NCBI GenBank assembly: GCA_017432425.1
Contig: JAFRJE010000010.1
Coordinates: 11,065-75,064, forward strand
Origin: Candidatus Saccharimonadota bacterium
GTDB lineage: Bacteria > Patescibacteriota > Saccharimonadia > Saccharimonadales > Saccharimonadaceae
Length of the DNA: 64,000 bases
Direction: 5' to 3'
Position 1 is the first letter of the stretch; each line of letters opens with the position of its first letter. Shown here piece after piece: positions 63,206 to 64,000 of the stretch. A program made the position numbers and the translations under genes. The notes under the pieces were generated by a model that did not search any database, had not been told where the DNA came from, and worked only from the letters and a program-made list of their open reading frames with translations.

Positions 63206-64000
63206 ATGTTCAAAAATATGTTTAAACGCAGTTGGCTTTCGCTCAAACGTAAGTTCGGGCGAACGATTATATTAACTTTAATTTTTTTCATGATGGCGAA
63301 TTTGGTTCTCGCCGCGTTCATTATTAAAAGCGCTGTTTCCGCCCAAATGGACTACGCAAAATCAACGCTCGGCGGAACCGTCTCGATTCAGGCCGATATG
63401 GAGACTATTCGCGAAACCCAAAAATCCGAACTTTCCGAGGGTAACGATCCTCGCGAAATGTTTAAGTCGATGTCTCGTCCGAGCGTTAGTGTCGAAACCG
63501 CGAACAAAATCATTTCGACCCATACTGACTATATTCGCGATTATTCTTACGTCGTTTCCGCTTCTGCGAACGCGAACAATCTCGAAACCGTCGAAACCAA
63601 AGGTTTTAGCGGGAAAGGCAACAATTTTCCGGGTATGAATTTCCCCGATGAGCTTTCGTCCGATTCGTCCGACGCCTCCCTCGACGCCGACATCACGATT
63701 GCCGGTTTTAACGCCTACGCCTATATTGACGGGGTCGAAAATGAAACTATAACTCTAAAAGACGGAACCTATTTCGACGAAGACGCGACTGATAGTGCTC
63801 TAATTTCCTATGAATTTTCCGAACTAAATTCCTTAAAAGTTGGCGACGAATTTACGTTAAAAAATGTTTATTCCGAAACCGAAATTACCTTGACCGTAAT
63901 CGGAATTTATGATACGTCCGAAAGTCGCGCCGACGCAAACATTATTTACATGAATACCTCGACCGCCGCTAAATTCCTTAGCGCGAGCGACTATAACGAC
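63206..64000 (+). CDS. FtsX/MacB-type ABC transporter permease (3' end outside window)
   Basis: Frame open from ATG 63206 to the window end. MFKRSWLSLKRKFGRTIILTLIFFMMANLVLA N-terminal TM helix followed by a large extracytoplasmic domain, as in MacB-like permeases. Confidence 0.7.
   Translation, partial: MFKNMFKRSWLSLKRKFGRTIILTLIFFMMANLVLAAFIIKSAVSAQMDYAKSTLGGTVSIQADMETIRETQKSELSEGNDPREMFKSMSRPSVSVETANKIISTHTDYIRDYSYVVSASANANNLETVETKGFSGKGNNFPGMNFPDELSSDSSDASLDADITIAGFNAYAYIDGVENETITLKDGTYFDEDATDSALISYEFSELNSLKVGDEFTLKNVYSETEITLTVIGIYDTSESRADANIIYMNTSTAAKFLSASDYND

Overview
This is a gene-dense stretch on the standard genetic code, and most of it is housekeeping. All calls come from reading the sequence and ORF translations by eye; nothing was searched or computed beyond hand counts.

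**Core genes.** They include an ABC transporter, ackA, dnaK, ruvB, rubrerythrin, yebC, rny, tsaB/tsaE, a dnaJ-like gene, rimK, comEC, ftsH, murJ, uppP, aspS, recA/recX, tilS and lepA. Further along are hrcA-grpE, a class A PBP, a two-piece phosphoketolase, tyrS, tpiA, folD and murB.

**Likely organism.** The gene content suggests a reduced-genome Patescibacteria/CPR bacterium, possibly Saccharibacteria-like. The evidence is:
- miniaturised TsaB, HrcA and TilS
- ComEC without a nuclease domain
- a type IV pilin
- an LPXTG surface protein
- phosphoketolase plus acetate kinase
- no biosynthetic operons

This placement is inference only.

**RNA genes and regulation.**
- Three tRNAs are present: Ser-UGA, His-GUG and Gly-UCC.
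- Four CIRCE operators define an HrcA regulon.
- Many genes have an extended -10 box only 6-10 nt from the ATG, which suggests leaderless mRNAs.

**Accessory island (about 45.2-59.3 kb).** This is the unusual part. It contains:
- a decayed integrative element next to tRNA-Gly, with an AAA ATPase and a truncated serine recombinase, bordered by three arrays of short repeats spaced in multiples of about one helical turn or at a fixed 23 bp
- a redox cluster (SDR, trxB with an in-frame TAG, trxA, gpx)
- a family of G+C-rich genes with foreign codon usage. Their products combine hyperacidic DEY tracts, polybasic patches, TM helices, Pro-Thr-rich linkers, a TPPPRS motif and a conserved H-x-x-F-S-D-D-D C-terminus. 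I recognise no known family for them.

**Other oddities.**
- a metallothionein-like Cys tail on acetate kinase
- a TyrRS whose HIGH motif reads TIGN
- a frameshifted ORF6N gene
- an orphan intergenic hairpin with a 28-codon ORF
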